Shown: in pieces, positions 53,091 to 64,000 of the stretch
Position numbering within the stretch: position 1 is the first letter of the stretch
Layout: the number at the start of each line of letters is the position of its first letter
NCBI GenBank assembly: GCA_002633005.1
Contig: NMRA01000344.1
Span: forward strand, 165,365 to 229,364
Source: Phoronis australis
Lineage: Eukaryota > Animalia > Phoronida
Direction of reading: 5' to 3'
Length of the DNA stretch: 64,000 nt
The notes under the pieces: generated by a model
Seen by the model: only the letters and a program-made list of their open reading frames with translations
The model's database searches: none
Told to the model about the DNA's origin: nothing
Translations under genes and position numbers: made by a program

Positions 53091-55551
53091 TCTCTAACAA
53101 GAATTAACTTACGCATGTAATTTGACAGCATAACGATCACCTATTTAGCTAACAATAATATCGACGATAATGGTGTAGCATCCACTCGAGTCCAATGCCA
53201 ATGGATGACGTAAAGCCTCTTCTAATTGCCTGTACGAGGCTGTCATCTATGCAGACACCACTCCGGCGAAGTTGGGTCCTGGGGTCAGGTAGGACCCGAT
53301 GATTACGGGAAGCGCTTTGAATCTGAAGCAAATTCTTCTTAATTATAGTTGTAATTAGTGGCACCAGTAGCTGCAACAGATTTGTTGTTGTTGTTGTCAA
53401 ACTATATCCTATCTCTAACGATTGAACCNCCCCCCCCCCCCCCGGCTACGAGCCTGTTTGAGTTTTGAATAGAAAGAATAGATACAGAATATTGTATAAC
53501 AGATCTTTATTCAAGACTCTATGTAGAGGTTACATATGTCATGTATGATACAATCATGAAAGTGTTCTGAAGAACAACATTTGCCAAAATCAAATGAAAA
53601 GTCATTGACAAAACCAAGACGATTATCGACTACGAACTGAAGCCCAATTAGCACCAACGTTCATACTAACAGTAAATGATAAACCAACAATAGTGCTTTG
53701 AGGAATCAGCTGACAAAATAACAGTCAACAAATTGGAAAAATTCGAAGTAACTCAAATTAAATGATAGCGAAAAAGTGATAACACATTTCTAATAGCCTT
53801 TGATGAGATTCATCTACATACTTAAAAATTTCAGAATTCCAAACGGTTTATTAACAAATTGCTGTCACGGTGCCATCATGTGTGAACTGTATGTTGTGTA
53901 TAAGTCTCGTGTAGATCAAAATCGCTGCCTCAGTAGCATGAATATTATCCGCCAACAAAAGAGCTGCGAGGAATCTGTCAATAACAGTCAAGGAGTGAGA
54001 AATGACTGGCACAGCGCAGGAAGGACTCGATGAGGTCCATTCCCTTAACCAAATTCCAAAAATATCTGTCGGGGAATGCCGGCGGTATGGTGCGAAAAAT
54101 CATATGTTAGAGTCAAATCTCGAATAACAAGAGAAAAGTGGGTCCCGTGTTTCAGATAGCAGTTGACGAGATATATCAATGAACTAAATTTCAGAAAATT
54201 CCTTCCAGGAACGGCAGTTTTCAAAATAAAATAAATGGATAATGTGGAACTTTGTAAAAATTTGATGTTAAATATCCCTTTATTTAGTGTGGGAACCTGC
54301 TTGAGATCTGGCTGATTACGCCACGAAAATTTTTGAGCGTTGTTTATTTAACAAGATATACTTTTAAGTAAGCTCATCAGGACAGTTACTTTGAAGTATG
54401 TCTTGATGAGTTTAAGACATCTTTTCAATGTCTTTGTGACATTTTGCAACTTTGTCATTCAGCCAATAAAGGAATAAAAATGAGAACTCGTTTGTGCCAA
54501 TCTTTGATTTTGTCAAGATCACAGTTAGGTTGCCTGTAGTTTTCCGTTTTGTATTAGTTTTTGTTTTGGCCTCTTATCTGGCAAAGGTACCACGAGGGAC
54601 ATCTATTAATTGTTTGTCAAAATCTTGCATTCATAAAAATGCAGTTGAATTTGGATATTGTTTTTGAAACTGTAGCTGCGTAGCTTTTTATATTAATGTA
54701 TTTCTGCACAGACTGTCTTGTGATTTGACCAGTTAAAAATTGTTTTCATTATTTGTAATTAAAGGTAATTAATGTACAGGGGTGTCGTATATTACAAACT
54801 GATTAGAACTTCACTCTGTCTTGTGGGGTAATATCACTTGCTACAGTACTAATGGTTGCAACTTTTACAGCAAGTTTGAATTTGCTTAACCCATGTGTGG
54901 CTGTTTTAAAATTAGGTGCCTCTGTTCTTGTATCATGTTTTAACTTGAGGTAAACATAATGAATTCTCCAGTTCGAGACAGTGAAAAATCAATTATTTTG
55001 CTCAAGGTCAGAGCTTGTCACAAATCCTACATATAGAAAATATTGGCAGACCCAAATTCAAGAACCACCAGATAGATGGCAAAATTAGCCACTCAATAGA
55101 TTGAAAACACATTAAAAATTTTGAGAATTGTGGTAAACGCCAAAATCTACCTTGTCCAAAATTCCAGAATCAAGAAAACTCAACTGTTGCTGTAGTTTCT
55201 GTGTACAGAATTGGAGAATATTTACCGCATCAGTGTTGGAAATCATTTTGTCAAAAGTTTCATCTTCCTATTGGGTCAAGGGTTACTGTTTTTATTATTA
55301 CTGTTTTTACTATGTTACAAGCTGTTGTAGTGACCAGCTCCCTCTCCTTGCGTTGGTTCTTACATAATGTCCATAAACTGGGTCTATTACAGCATATGTC
55401 ATTGCTGACTTATTCTACCAAGTTATACGGGTAAATTGTGTTTGAAAAGCTTTAATTCCCACCAGAGGTGCCACCTGGTGTATAAATGTCTCAGTTTGTT
55501 ATGCTGACGCAGTGTTCTTGTCTATGTTGTAGAGGACTGACCCTGGTGGAG

Positions 55552-55661
55552 ATGGGTAAGAAGTTGAACCTGTCGCACCTCTCTGAGGAGGAGTGCGAGA
55601 AGATATTGGCGGTGATACAGAGAGACTTTGATTTACGCAATCAGGAACAGGAAAGGCTGAG
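55552..55661 (+). CDS. MYRIP: Rab27 effector MyRIP/melanophilin-like, coding exon 1 (SHD1 helix)
   Basis: [36 protein letters not shown] closely matches the MyRIP/MLPH N-terminus. Acceptor TTGTAG ends at 55532; phase-2 donor AG|GTAGGT. The symbol is tentative (MYRIP/MLPH co-ortholog). Confidence 0.92.
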
Positions 55662-58246
55662 GTAGGTCTGTGTTGGGTTGGGGGCACTTTGGGCAAATGC
55701 TAGAGCACGTTGATCTGTCTGTCATGATTGGGGTAAACTGCCTTGGTAAGTCCCTGCGGGGTTGGGGTAAACTGCATTGGCGAGTCCCTGCGGGGTTGAT
55801 CATTTAGGGAAGTATATTACATTGTCAGGCAGCTGTGGTTAAAATATACTGAGATAAGGTGTGAAGTGGGTTATTGTGGCAGTGAGTCATGTGTACACAT
55901 TAATGGTGGCCTAGTTAAATTCATATAGGTAAGGAAGATATTTGCCGAGATGCAGAGGAAGCAACACTGTACGAGTGGCGGAAAGGAGAAACTGGAGCTT
56001 GTGTGCACACACTTGTCATGCTACATGTCAACATGAACATTAACTAAACAACACCTTTTAGTTTGCTGGATATCTTTGTTTTGTTAACATGGGGGTCCCA
56101 GTGTTCCTAACGGTAGCCTTACCCAGTGTGAGAAGGATTCAAAGTAATTTTTTCTCTTGTTTGAAAAGCACTTTTCAGTTCTAAAATGTTGGAGCTATTT
56201 TGCAATTAAGTGTTGAATTATAATTTGTTTTACGGTCAACTTGCGTTCTGATTATGTTTGACCAGTATAAAATGTATGCTGTAGATTATGAGGGTATCAT
56301 AAGTGCTACATGTCATTCTCTGCTGATCCTATATACAAGTACTTTGAGGAAGTATGCCTTGAGGGTAGTTGTAATTATCTACTACCTGATGTAACCCAAG
56401 GGTATTTGGCTTCTGCTACCAGCATTCTTTTAGCCAGGTCACTCCATAGGTTGGTGCTGTACGCGCAATGCAACTGTGTTACTTACTAAAACATTCATCA
56501 GGAATATACGCTCATCAGATTTGTAGAGTCGGAAACATTAAGTGCATAAATCTAGTGTTGTTTTATCTTTTGCATTAATCACAACTTCTGTCACCGTCCA
56601 TGTCACATCTTCCCTTACCTGTCTCCCCTACCATGGACTGGTCCATTTCCTACCTTATGCCTCACTGCCTACCTGGCTGTCACTACGTGACCCAGCGACC
56701 ATGGAGCATGGAGCTGGCTGAAGAGGCTGTAAAGGTGCTGTTGGAACATATCCTTTACTCATATCTGTGTTCACCAACATCCCTGGTGGGGTTGGGGGGG
56801 AAGAGCAATCACACCGTGCCCTGCCCCCCTGGGACAGACTTCCATGACCATGGGCGTGAGAGAATTCGGGGAGGTCGGACCCCTCAGAAGTTTCAGATTA
56901 GGATAATTTATGAGGAACTACCCAGGTAGGAGTAGTGTGTCATACCATTGTCTTGTATAAGTGTTGTTTATTCGCATAATTTACCATTTTAATTTTCTTT
57001 TTGTGTTGGCTCTAATTTAGTTGGAAAGTTGTGCATTCCACTCTGGCTGACATAGCAAAGAGTTTGTTTAGTTGTCACTCCCTCTTTCCCAATACGTTTT
57101 TCGTGATTCAAGCAAGAAGCGAAAAGTGTAAGTTTGAATGTTGCCATGGACTACCATGTATTTGTTATTCCCTCACTGTATCATGACATCGTGATGCATT
57201 AAAGATAAAAGAAAAGAATAGAGTGAAGTCTTGAACTCGATGTTTAACATTATTAGTCTAAGTCTGATGTTAATGTTTTTTTTGTTGATGCAGCGGGAGG
57301 TGGTGAGCGATGGTGGCTAACGTTAGTCATCCACCGCTCTCTGTTAATTATTTATTACGTGTTCATAGTCCAGAATTGTTATGAAGCTTGTTAGGCCAAA
57401 ATAACATAATCGCTTGTGATCTGCTGCCAACTCATTTTGAAACCTGTGCCTCAACGCTGGCATCAGGTGGCGCTAGGTACAACGAGAAGGATCGTGATCC
57501 ATTTTGGTTGGCATCCGTAGGCGCTGGGTAAAAAAGAGAATGATCCTAGCCTGTTTCATCTGACATCAGATGACAAAATATGTAAACCTAAAAAATATTG
57601 CAACATGACATAAGTTTCAAAAAAGCTATTTTGGCCTTGTATAATGGACTTGTTCTATTTGGAACATTCCGGTGAGTAATGAACCTCGGAGATAAAATGT
57701 CATCATATACCGTACCCCTACAGGTCGACGCCTGTGCAGGGTGTGGAAATTGTGAAATTAAAAAGTCAAGGGACGAGCATTAAAATTTTCGACAAGTCAC
57801 GAATTTCAATGTACCCAAATTGTTGATTTGCTCATAAAAAATACATTGACAGACTTTGTTTTGGTCTTGAGCCTGAAATATTAGAATCTCTGTTATTGTG
57901 TGGTCAAATTTGAATGGAGGAGCGCTTCATGTGGTGCAGAAGTCAAAATGACAGTTTCACGTCTGCTTCAGTGAAATCTTTGTAATCATGTGTCCTGACA
58001 TGTAGGCACTTTGCACTGACACCACTTGACCTCCTGTTGTTACATACACACAATCCTTTTCTCAAGCCTGGTCATGCCTGTCTTTTCTGATTTTTTCTTA
58101 CTCTCAGAAATGCATCAGATGAATGCAAATCTTGCAGAATTATCCAGCTTGTGCCTTTGTGCAAAAGTTGTGTTGAAAAATTTCTGGAAAATTTTCCAGA
58201 ATGGAATCGACAAAGGAACTGAAGACTCGCAGGAAAAATCAAATTA

Positions 58247-60647
58247 CCGTAATCGTTCGGGTTAATGCCCATGCTCAGTTAACCGCCCATCCCCGACTTT
58301 AAGTGGATTTTCGATTTAACCGCCCACTGCTCAGTTAAGCGCCCCCCTGCGATTTTTGAAGATTTCCAGTTAAGCGCCCACCTCTCGGTTAAGTGCCCAT
58401 CCCCGACTTTTAAGGAATGAAGATTTAGCACCTAGTGCTAAGGAAACGCGCGATTCCCCGACTTTTAGAAAAAGATCGACGATCACAGTGAGTGCAACGA
58501 CGCCGGGACTCCGAGACGGTGGTTTAGCAATCTGAATTACAATACAGGTAACGAGTTATTGTCTTCGGTCATGAACTCACTTCAAAATATAATACTTGAA
58601 CCTTTTTGTCACTTTCTTTTCTTCCCTTGTTTGTAAAGTTTAAGAATGCCGCCGGCATCAAAACCTCCGCTTTCAGCGACTTTGTCTGCCGCGCTGAGTT
58701 TCCGTCTGCAGTGCACTAGATAAAACATATATTCGAAAAAATCACGCCAGAGAAATGTGACAATGGTTTTGCCAACCCTCCAAATTCTATTAAGGTGGGA
58801 AGCTCTCGAATTTTGAACAAATCTCACAACTCACGGAAAGATGTCAAATTCTCAATATTTTGATGAATATAACTGCCGGGTTATAGAGGGTGTGGGGCGA
58901 CCGAAGGGACAGTACAAGTGCCTTACTGGGTTACCGATTTCGATGCTGCCTGTCGATTTCTGAATTCAAACGTTGGCAATAATGTATGTTTGTGTATTAT
59001 CTTGAAGTAATAAAAAAACGGCTAGTCAAATTTTGTTTTTCGCTTATTGCATCTCAGTCAAACTGGTTAGCAGATTTAACTAATGTCGCTGGCTGTTCTT
59101 TACTATTCTTGCGTCAGCCTGCACGTAAGCGTGACTGTGTGAATAATCGTTTCCACGTCCCCTTTTTAGCCATCCAGAATAATTGTGTATATACATTGGC
59201 CATTCAGCCTGAACAAAAATTTTTACCATTCGAGTCTGAAATAGCTACGATGTAGACTGCTTGATGATAGTGGGTAGGAGATTCACACAGCTAGTTACAA
59301 GGATGGGCTTAGGGAGCAATAGACTTGACATCGCAGTTTTGGGGAACATTGGCAACGGAAGAATATCGTAAAGAACTGGGTCTTTCGTAACAACAGCTTA
59401 AAAGCACATGATAGTCACGCCCGTTTTTGTTACTTCGAACTGTCGCTATGTGTGACTGATTTGTAGTGGTGCACGTGCGCAAGTTCCCACAGTTTGTAGT
59501 GCATGTTACCTTGACACCAATATGTGATGGACAGGTGACTCACACATAGGCCCTACGTGCGTGAATACCGCCACTATCTTTGGCCATAAAAAACGAGATG
59601 CAAATTGAAAGAGGCCGTTATATTACTTGACGGCATTTCCAAGTCACGATTGTCAGCCGACTGAGACATTGCGCGATAACAGCGGGACCGAACAGTGCCG
59701 CAGTGCGATATTACAAGTGATATAAATAGGATAATCTGGACATCTCAGTTGCATGAAAAATAAATGTTTTTCCACCACGAAGTTTGGTAAGGTGATCGTT
59801 TAGAATAATGAATTGAAACATTGCTGTTTTCTGACATTTTGTAACATATATATGCAGTTGCTTTAAATTTTATTCTTGATCGACGACTGGCTCGACCACC
59901 CCCGATCCTTGTCTTACGTCTTTGCATAGCATGTTTGGCGCAACGACAAGAGAGCAATGCCGGGCTGTCGAGATAAGACAGCTAGCCGCAGAACCATACG
60001 CTGAAAATGTCATTGAGTCACGGAGTGTCGACTATAACATCCCAAACACAAAAAACAGCAGAGTTTTTTTTCAAACTTATTACAACCAATTTTAAAACTG
60101 TTCTCTGAGTCGGAACTTGACAGCTATATATAGTACGAGACTGTAACCATAAATTTGATGTCTGACCTCTGCAACACATGAAGCTTGCATGCGCGCACTT
60201 AAGCAGGGTCACATCTTGAAACAGTTTTAATTCTAGTGGAGGCTGCGAGGTCACTGGTCGGCTGCGCACCGCAGGACGGCACGGGGCTATTACTCAGCAA
60301 TTTTGTAAGTTTTATAGTGAATGATTAATCTGAAGGCAAGAGAACCTTTGTTGGGATCATCCACTGTTATGACGTTTTCACAGTCATTTGGCGACGTGAC
60401 GATAAAGCTCTTTGAAAAGGGCTATGCGTTCCGAGTATGATTGTCGTGTCGGGATTTAGATCGCCAGGTAAGATTAACCGCCCAGGGCGGTTGTCTGTCG
60501 TAATAAGCGCCCATGTTCGGTTAACCGCCCATCCCCTACTTTAGGTGGATTTTCGATTTAACCGCCCACTGCTGGGTTAACCGCCCTCCCCCGATTTTTT
60601 GGATTCGCCATTTTAACCGCCCAGGGCGTTAACCCGAACGATTACGG
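58247..60647. mobile_element. 2.4-kb non-autonomous Tc1/pogo-type element in a MYRIP intron
   Basis: TA-CCGTAATCGTTCGGGTTAA...TTAACCCGAACGATTACGG-TA: perfect 19-bp TIR with TA TSD. Many TTAA(C/G)CGCCC subterminal motifs; no transposase ORF seen. Confidence 0.85.
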
Positions 60648-61621
60648 TACTTAAAACTTTCTTTAGCAGAATGCTATCAGATGTGGTTTGAACCCTTCTC
60701 TTCAAGTTTTAATGTGATCTTATGTCCTTCATCTTTAGCTGCAAGTTAAGACCTCTTTATTAAAAATTGAGTTGTGCAGTCATTTCTGTGTTTTTGGAGC
60801 GCATGTGATATTTGATAATTAGGAATTATGGTGTCTTGAATTATGGAAAGGCTATCATAATGAAAACTTATTTTGTAGATTGCGAACACTTAACATTTTT
60901 GACACTCTGTGCACCCAAATGCTGACAGGTTGTTAACACAAGATTTTGCATGAGGGGCTATCAAAACAGGACTTTAATAATTTTCACAAAACTTTTCTTT
61001 AAGTTGCATAAACAAAAACAAAATGATATTTTAGAAAATTGTGTTCTTGGCATCTCATATAAACCAATTATGTCAAATAGAATTTAATCATGTGGTGATA
61101 ATGTTGTTTTGCTAGCAGTGCACGTTTTCACTAAATTTTACTAAAAGAAATTATCGTGTGACCAATTAACGGCAAAATAAAATTCTAGAGGCTTTTCACT
61201 TTCAGAAAATGTATACTTTTACTGAGTTAAAATCTACAGTTTCATTCCCTATTTGTCTAAATGCTCACACTTGTCAATGACGTCCTGCATAAGATGGTAG
61301 TCCTTTGACCCTCTCTTGTATTGCGCCCTCTAGTGGGCCACATCTGGCCTACATGACTTGGACCAGGTTTTGTTACTTGTCCTCGTTCTGCCTTTTCTGG
61401 GTGACTTGGTCAGCTGCATGCCCTTAGATAAAACCTGTTGCCCTCCATCAGTATATAGTGACCCAATAAAAGCTAACTGTTAACTTAGTGTGGGAGAGTC
61501 CATCATTGTGCAACACAATGAGAGGAGGTTGATCAGTGATTTTCTGAAGACAGCCATCGCATGTTAGTGGCAAAGCATGAAGCTGGTCAATTTTTTCACT
61601 TTGCAAACTTGTCTACTTCAG

Positions 61622-61846
61622 TAAAATTGAAGAAGAGATCAAAGAAGAGCGCACCAAGGACACAATCCTTTCTAAGGAAAAAAACTTTAGTAATGACGAC
61701 TGTTGCATGCGATGCCTGGCTGGGTTCATCTTCCTGTTCCGACGTCGACTGCAGTGTGATAGGTGTCGCTACTGGGTGTGCAAGGACTGCAGCAAGTGGG
61801 ATGAGACTAAGAAGGTCTACATGTGCAATGTCTGTGAGAAGGAGGC
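61622..61846 (+). CDS. MYRIP: MyRIP/melanophilin-like coding exon 2 (FYVE-type Zn finger of the Rab-binding domain)
   Basis: Acceptor CTACTTCAG, 225 nt, phase 2-2, donor GC|GTAAGT. Encodes (S)KIEEEIKEERTKDTILSKEKNFSNDDCCMRCLAGFIFLFRRRLQCDRCRYWVCKDCSKWDETKKVYMCNVCEKE(A), with four CxxC pairs. Confidence 0.93.
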
Positions 61847-63006
61847 GTAAGTAGACAGTAGGAATTAAGCTCCGTGGACTAAACATGCTACAATATGTAA
61901 AAAGGTCTACTTGCGTAATGTCTGTGAGAAGGATACAGAAGTATGTGGTAGGGAGCTGAGAGCTCTAAACATGCTGTATAACGTGTCTCATTAAAACCTG
62001 GAATATGAAAATTAACTTGTTCTTGCAACTCTGGGGATTCCGGCGTTGCTGAACTTGTTTGGTCTAGTAAATCTTGACCAGTTGTGCGAGACTATTTTAT
62101 GTTAATATTCAAACAAAATTGATCAAGGTGAATGAATGACCAAAGCTGGGCAAGTTGCAAGTTTGTTCATTTGACCCTGCCTATATTTCGTACATACAAG
62201 TAGGTGGTGGTCTGGCATCATATGAAACTGATATAGGTTATTAAGTTTTTAATAACAAACATGAGTCTGGGTAGTGCAATTGAATATTATCATTGTGGAT
62301 TATGAGACTCGGGATAAGGAGATCTTATAAGACTCTGCCTAGTTGCCTATTGTGCTAAGATTTGTTGACAAAAACAATCTGGTATATCTAGAAGTGCAAT
62401 TAATTTCAAGGATTTGTTCACATTTCTGTCTCATTTTGCTAAAAAATGAAATGTGAATGCCTGACAAAACTCACCTCTGATCTAGAGCAGATTTCACTCT
62501 TACCGTAATCAAATGTCAGTGAATTAGTTTTAGTTCTTTGTCAATCAAAAATACCTTATTCGCCCATGTCCCAATAAGTGCACCCAACGCGTTTTCAGAC
62601 TTCGCTAAAATAAGCGCCCATCCCATGAACGTGTATACATTTGAAAATTGCCTTACCTACAGTTCTAAAATTCTACAGTAATGTCTTCAATTTATCAATA
62701 ATATCCGACAGTCCTGAAAAAATCATTGTGTGCCAAATTTTTAGACCATGAGCCTTGCCGCTATGTCGGTATTTAGCCGTGAATATACACTTACCTTGAC
62801 GAGGGTGTATAAAGTATGGTAAGGCGGGGGGTACCAATGAGAACATCAAAACCATCACGAACTCAACTAAACGCTAACTAACGCTTACTGAAATGGAATT
62901 TATAGAAATGGGAAGGAATATTACGAGGCAGATTTTGTGAGCGTTAAAGGCCTATTTAGATTTTTGTTTTTAGCCCTGAAAACGGTGAAATTTTGCAGCT
63001 TTAAGT

Positions 63007-63185
63007 TTATTATCTGTTCATTCCTTCATGTTCTGTTTATCAGCTGTTCATTCCTTCATGTTCTATTTATGATCTGTTCATTCCTTCATATTCTGTTTAT
63101 TAGCTGTTCATTCCTTCATGTTCTGTTTATTAGCTGTTCATTCCTTCATGTTCTGTGTATTAGCTGTTCATTCGTTCATACTCTG
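63007..63185. repeat. 30-bp minisatellite x6 abutting the exon 3 acceptor
   Basis: Unit TTTATTAGCTGTTCATTCCTTCATGTTCTG; the core TTC(C/G)TTCAT sits at 63021, 63051, 63081, 63111, 63141 and 63171. Confidence 0.93.
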
Positions 63186-63199
63186 TTGTTTATTTGCAG

Positions 63200-63375
63200 G
63201 GGACTGGAGAAGCAACAGAGTGACTGGTTCTACAAAAATGTGACCAAAAAGTTTAAACAATTCGGTAGTGCTAAAGTTGTTCGTTCGCTGCAAAAAAGCA
63301 AGCGAGTAGCCTCGCAAAGTTTGTCGCATTGGCACGAATCAAAACGTAAAAGCCTGTTCGCTATTAATTGGGAAG
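63200..63375 (+). CDS. MYRIP: MyRIP/melanophilin-like coding exon 3 (SHD2); 3' boundary uncertain
   Basis: Acceptor TATTTGCAG, in frame with exon 2: (A)GLEKQQSDWFYKNVTKKFKQFGSAKVVRSL, matching the SxxWFYxNVxxxFKxFGSAKV signature. The donor is tentatively GAAG|GTATAC at 63375; earlier GT sites are possible. The gene presumably continues beyond the window. Confidence 0.85.
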
Positions 63376-64000
63376 GTATACCCCTGTCTCCTTTCCTCTT
63401 TGTTTGCTTTGTAAAATTTCCTATAATTTTTGTTCAATTAATCATTAAAGATAAAAAATATCTCAAATGTCTTTTAACCAACTTTTTCTCACTTGTTACT
63501 GGTAAATGCAGAAGCTATGAACCTGCCTCCATTAAAAACAGACTTCATTTTGACAACGTGTCAAAGTTAGTCTAGATTTGGTCCTTACACGTTTTAGAAG
63601 TCGTTAATGTGCTTGAGTTGAACTGACAGTTCCAAATTGCTTGCGGCAGTTGTTTGGTGTTTAATATGACTCGTTTGGCCATGCCAACTTCCTGGGCCTT
63701 GTCACAAGCCAACAAACAAACCATCAGTACCCGAGGTCAGACATCTCTAACTTGTAATTCAAGTATGAGACAATTTAAGCCCAATTTCTCAACAGGAGGT
63801 TTATAGTAACTTCAACCATTAGGTCATTGATTCATTATTATGTTTTGTGTCCATTCACGGTAGCATGTTCAGCTAATTAACGAATCATATACTGGACTTT
63901 GTTGAAATGACATTGTATGAACAAACAGGCGTTTGTCTCAGTAACTTTTACGTTGGCTGTGATCACTTTGGTTGGATTTTGTCATGTGATAAAACACGGG

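Noticed and set aside
61323-61340. Isolated CTCF-like motifs (61323, ~57462, ~44645)
   Set aside because: Single matches are expected by chance or derive from repeat fragments; there is no independent support.
61561-61886. ORFs 61561-61854 (+) and 61596-61886 (-)
   Set aside because: Shadow frames over MYRIP exon 2; the true frame is the CxxC-rich one.
62937-63575. 212-aa ORF as a standalone membrane protein
   Set aside because: It is MYRIP exon 3 plus in-frame intronic 30-bp repeat and downstream intron; it has a non-ATG start.

Overview
This is animal (probably marine invertebrate) nuclear DNA: AT-rich, repeat-dense, with spliceosomal introns and two N gaps. Two host genes are supported. 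(1) An apolipoprotein-L (ApoL)-family gene whose whole CDS is one exon on the minus strand (3197-3919). A triple IRF/ISRE-type motif lies about 1.6 kb upstream of it. (2) The first three coding exons of a MyRIP/melanophilin-type Rab27 effector on the plus strand (55552-55661, 61622-61846, 63200-~63375), which join in frame at GT-AG junctions. The rest is mostly mobile DNA: a decayed integrase-core element; five GC-rich MITEs with 5-bp target-site duplications (TSDs); a 3.9-kb Academ-like transposon; two Harbinger-like MITEs fused into an ~800-bp palindrome; Helentron-type (HINE/DINE-1-like) elements; a 2.4-kb TA-flanked Tc1/pogo-type element; LINE remnants; and many minisatellites. The most striking signal is a HINE-borne higher-order satellite (21.8-23.3 kb) carrying ten co-oriented CTCF-like motifs about 145-160 bp apart. 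All calls come from reading the sequence by eye; no database search was run.
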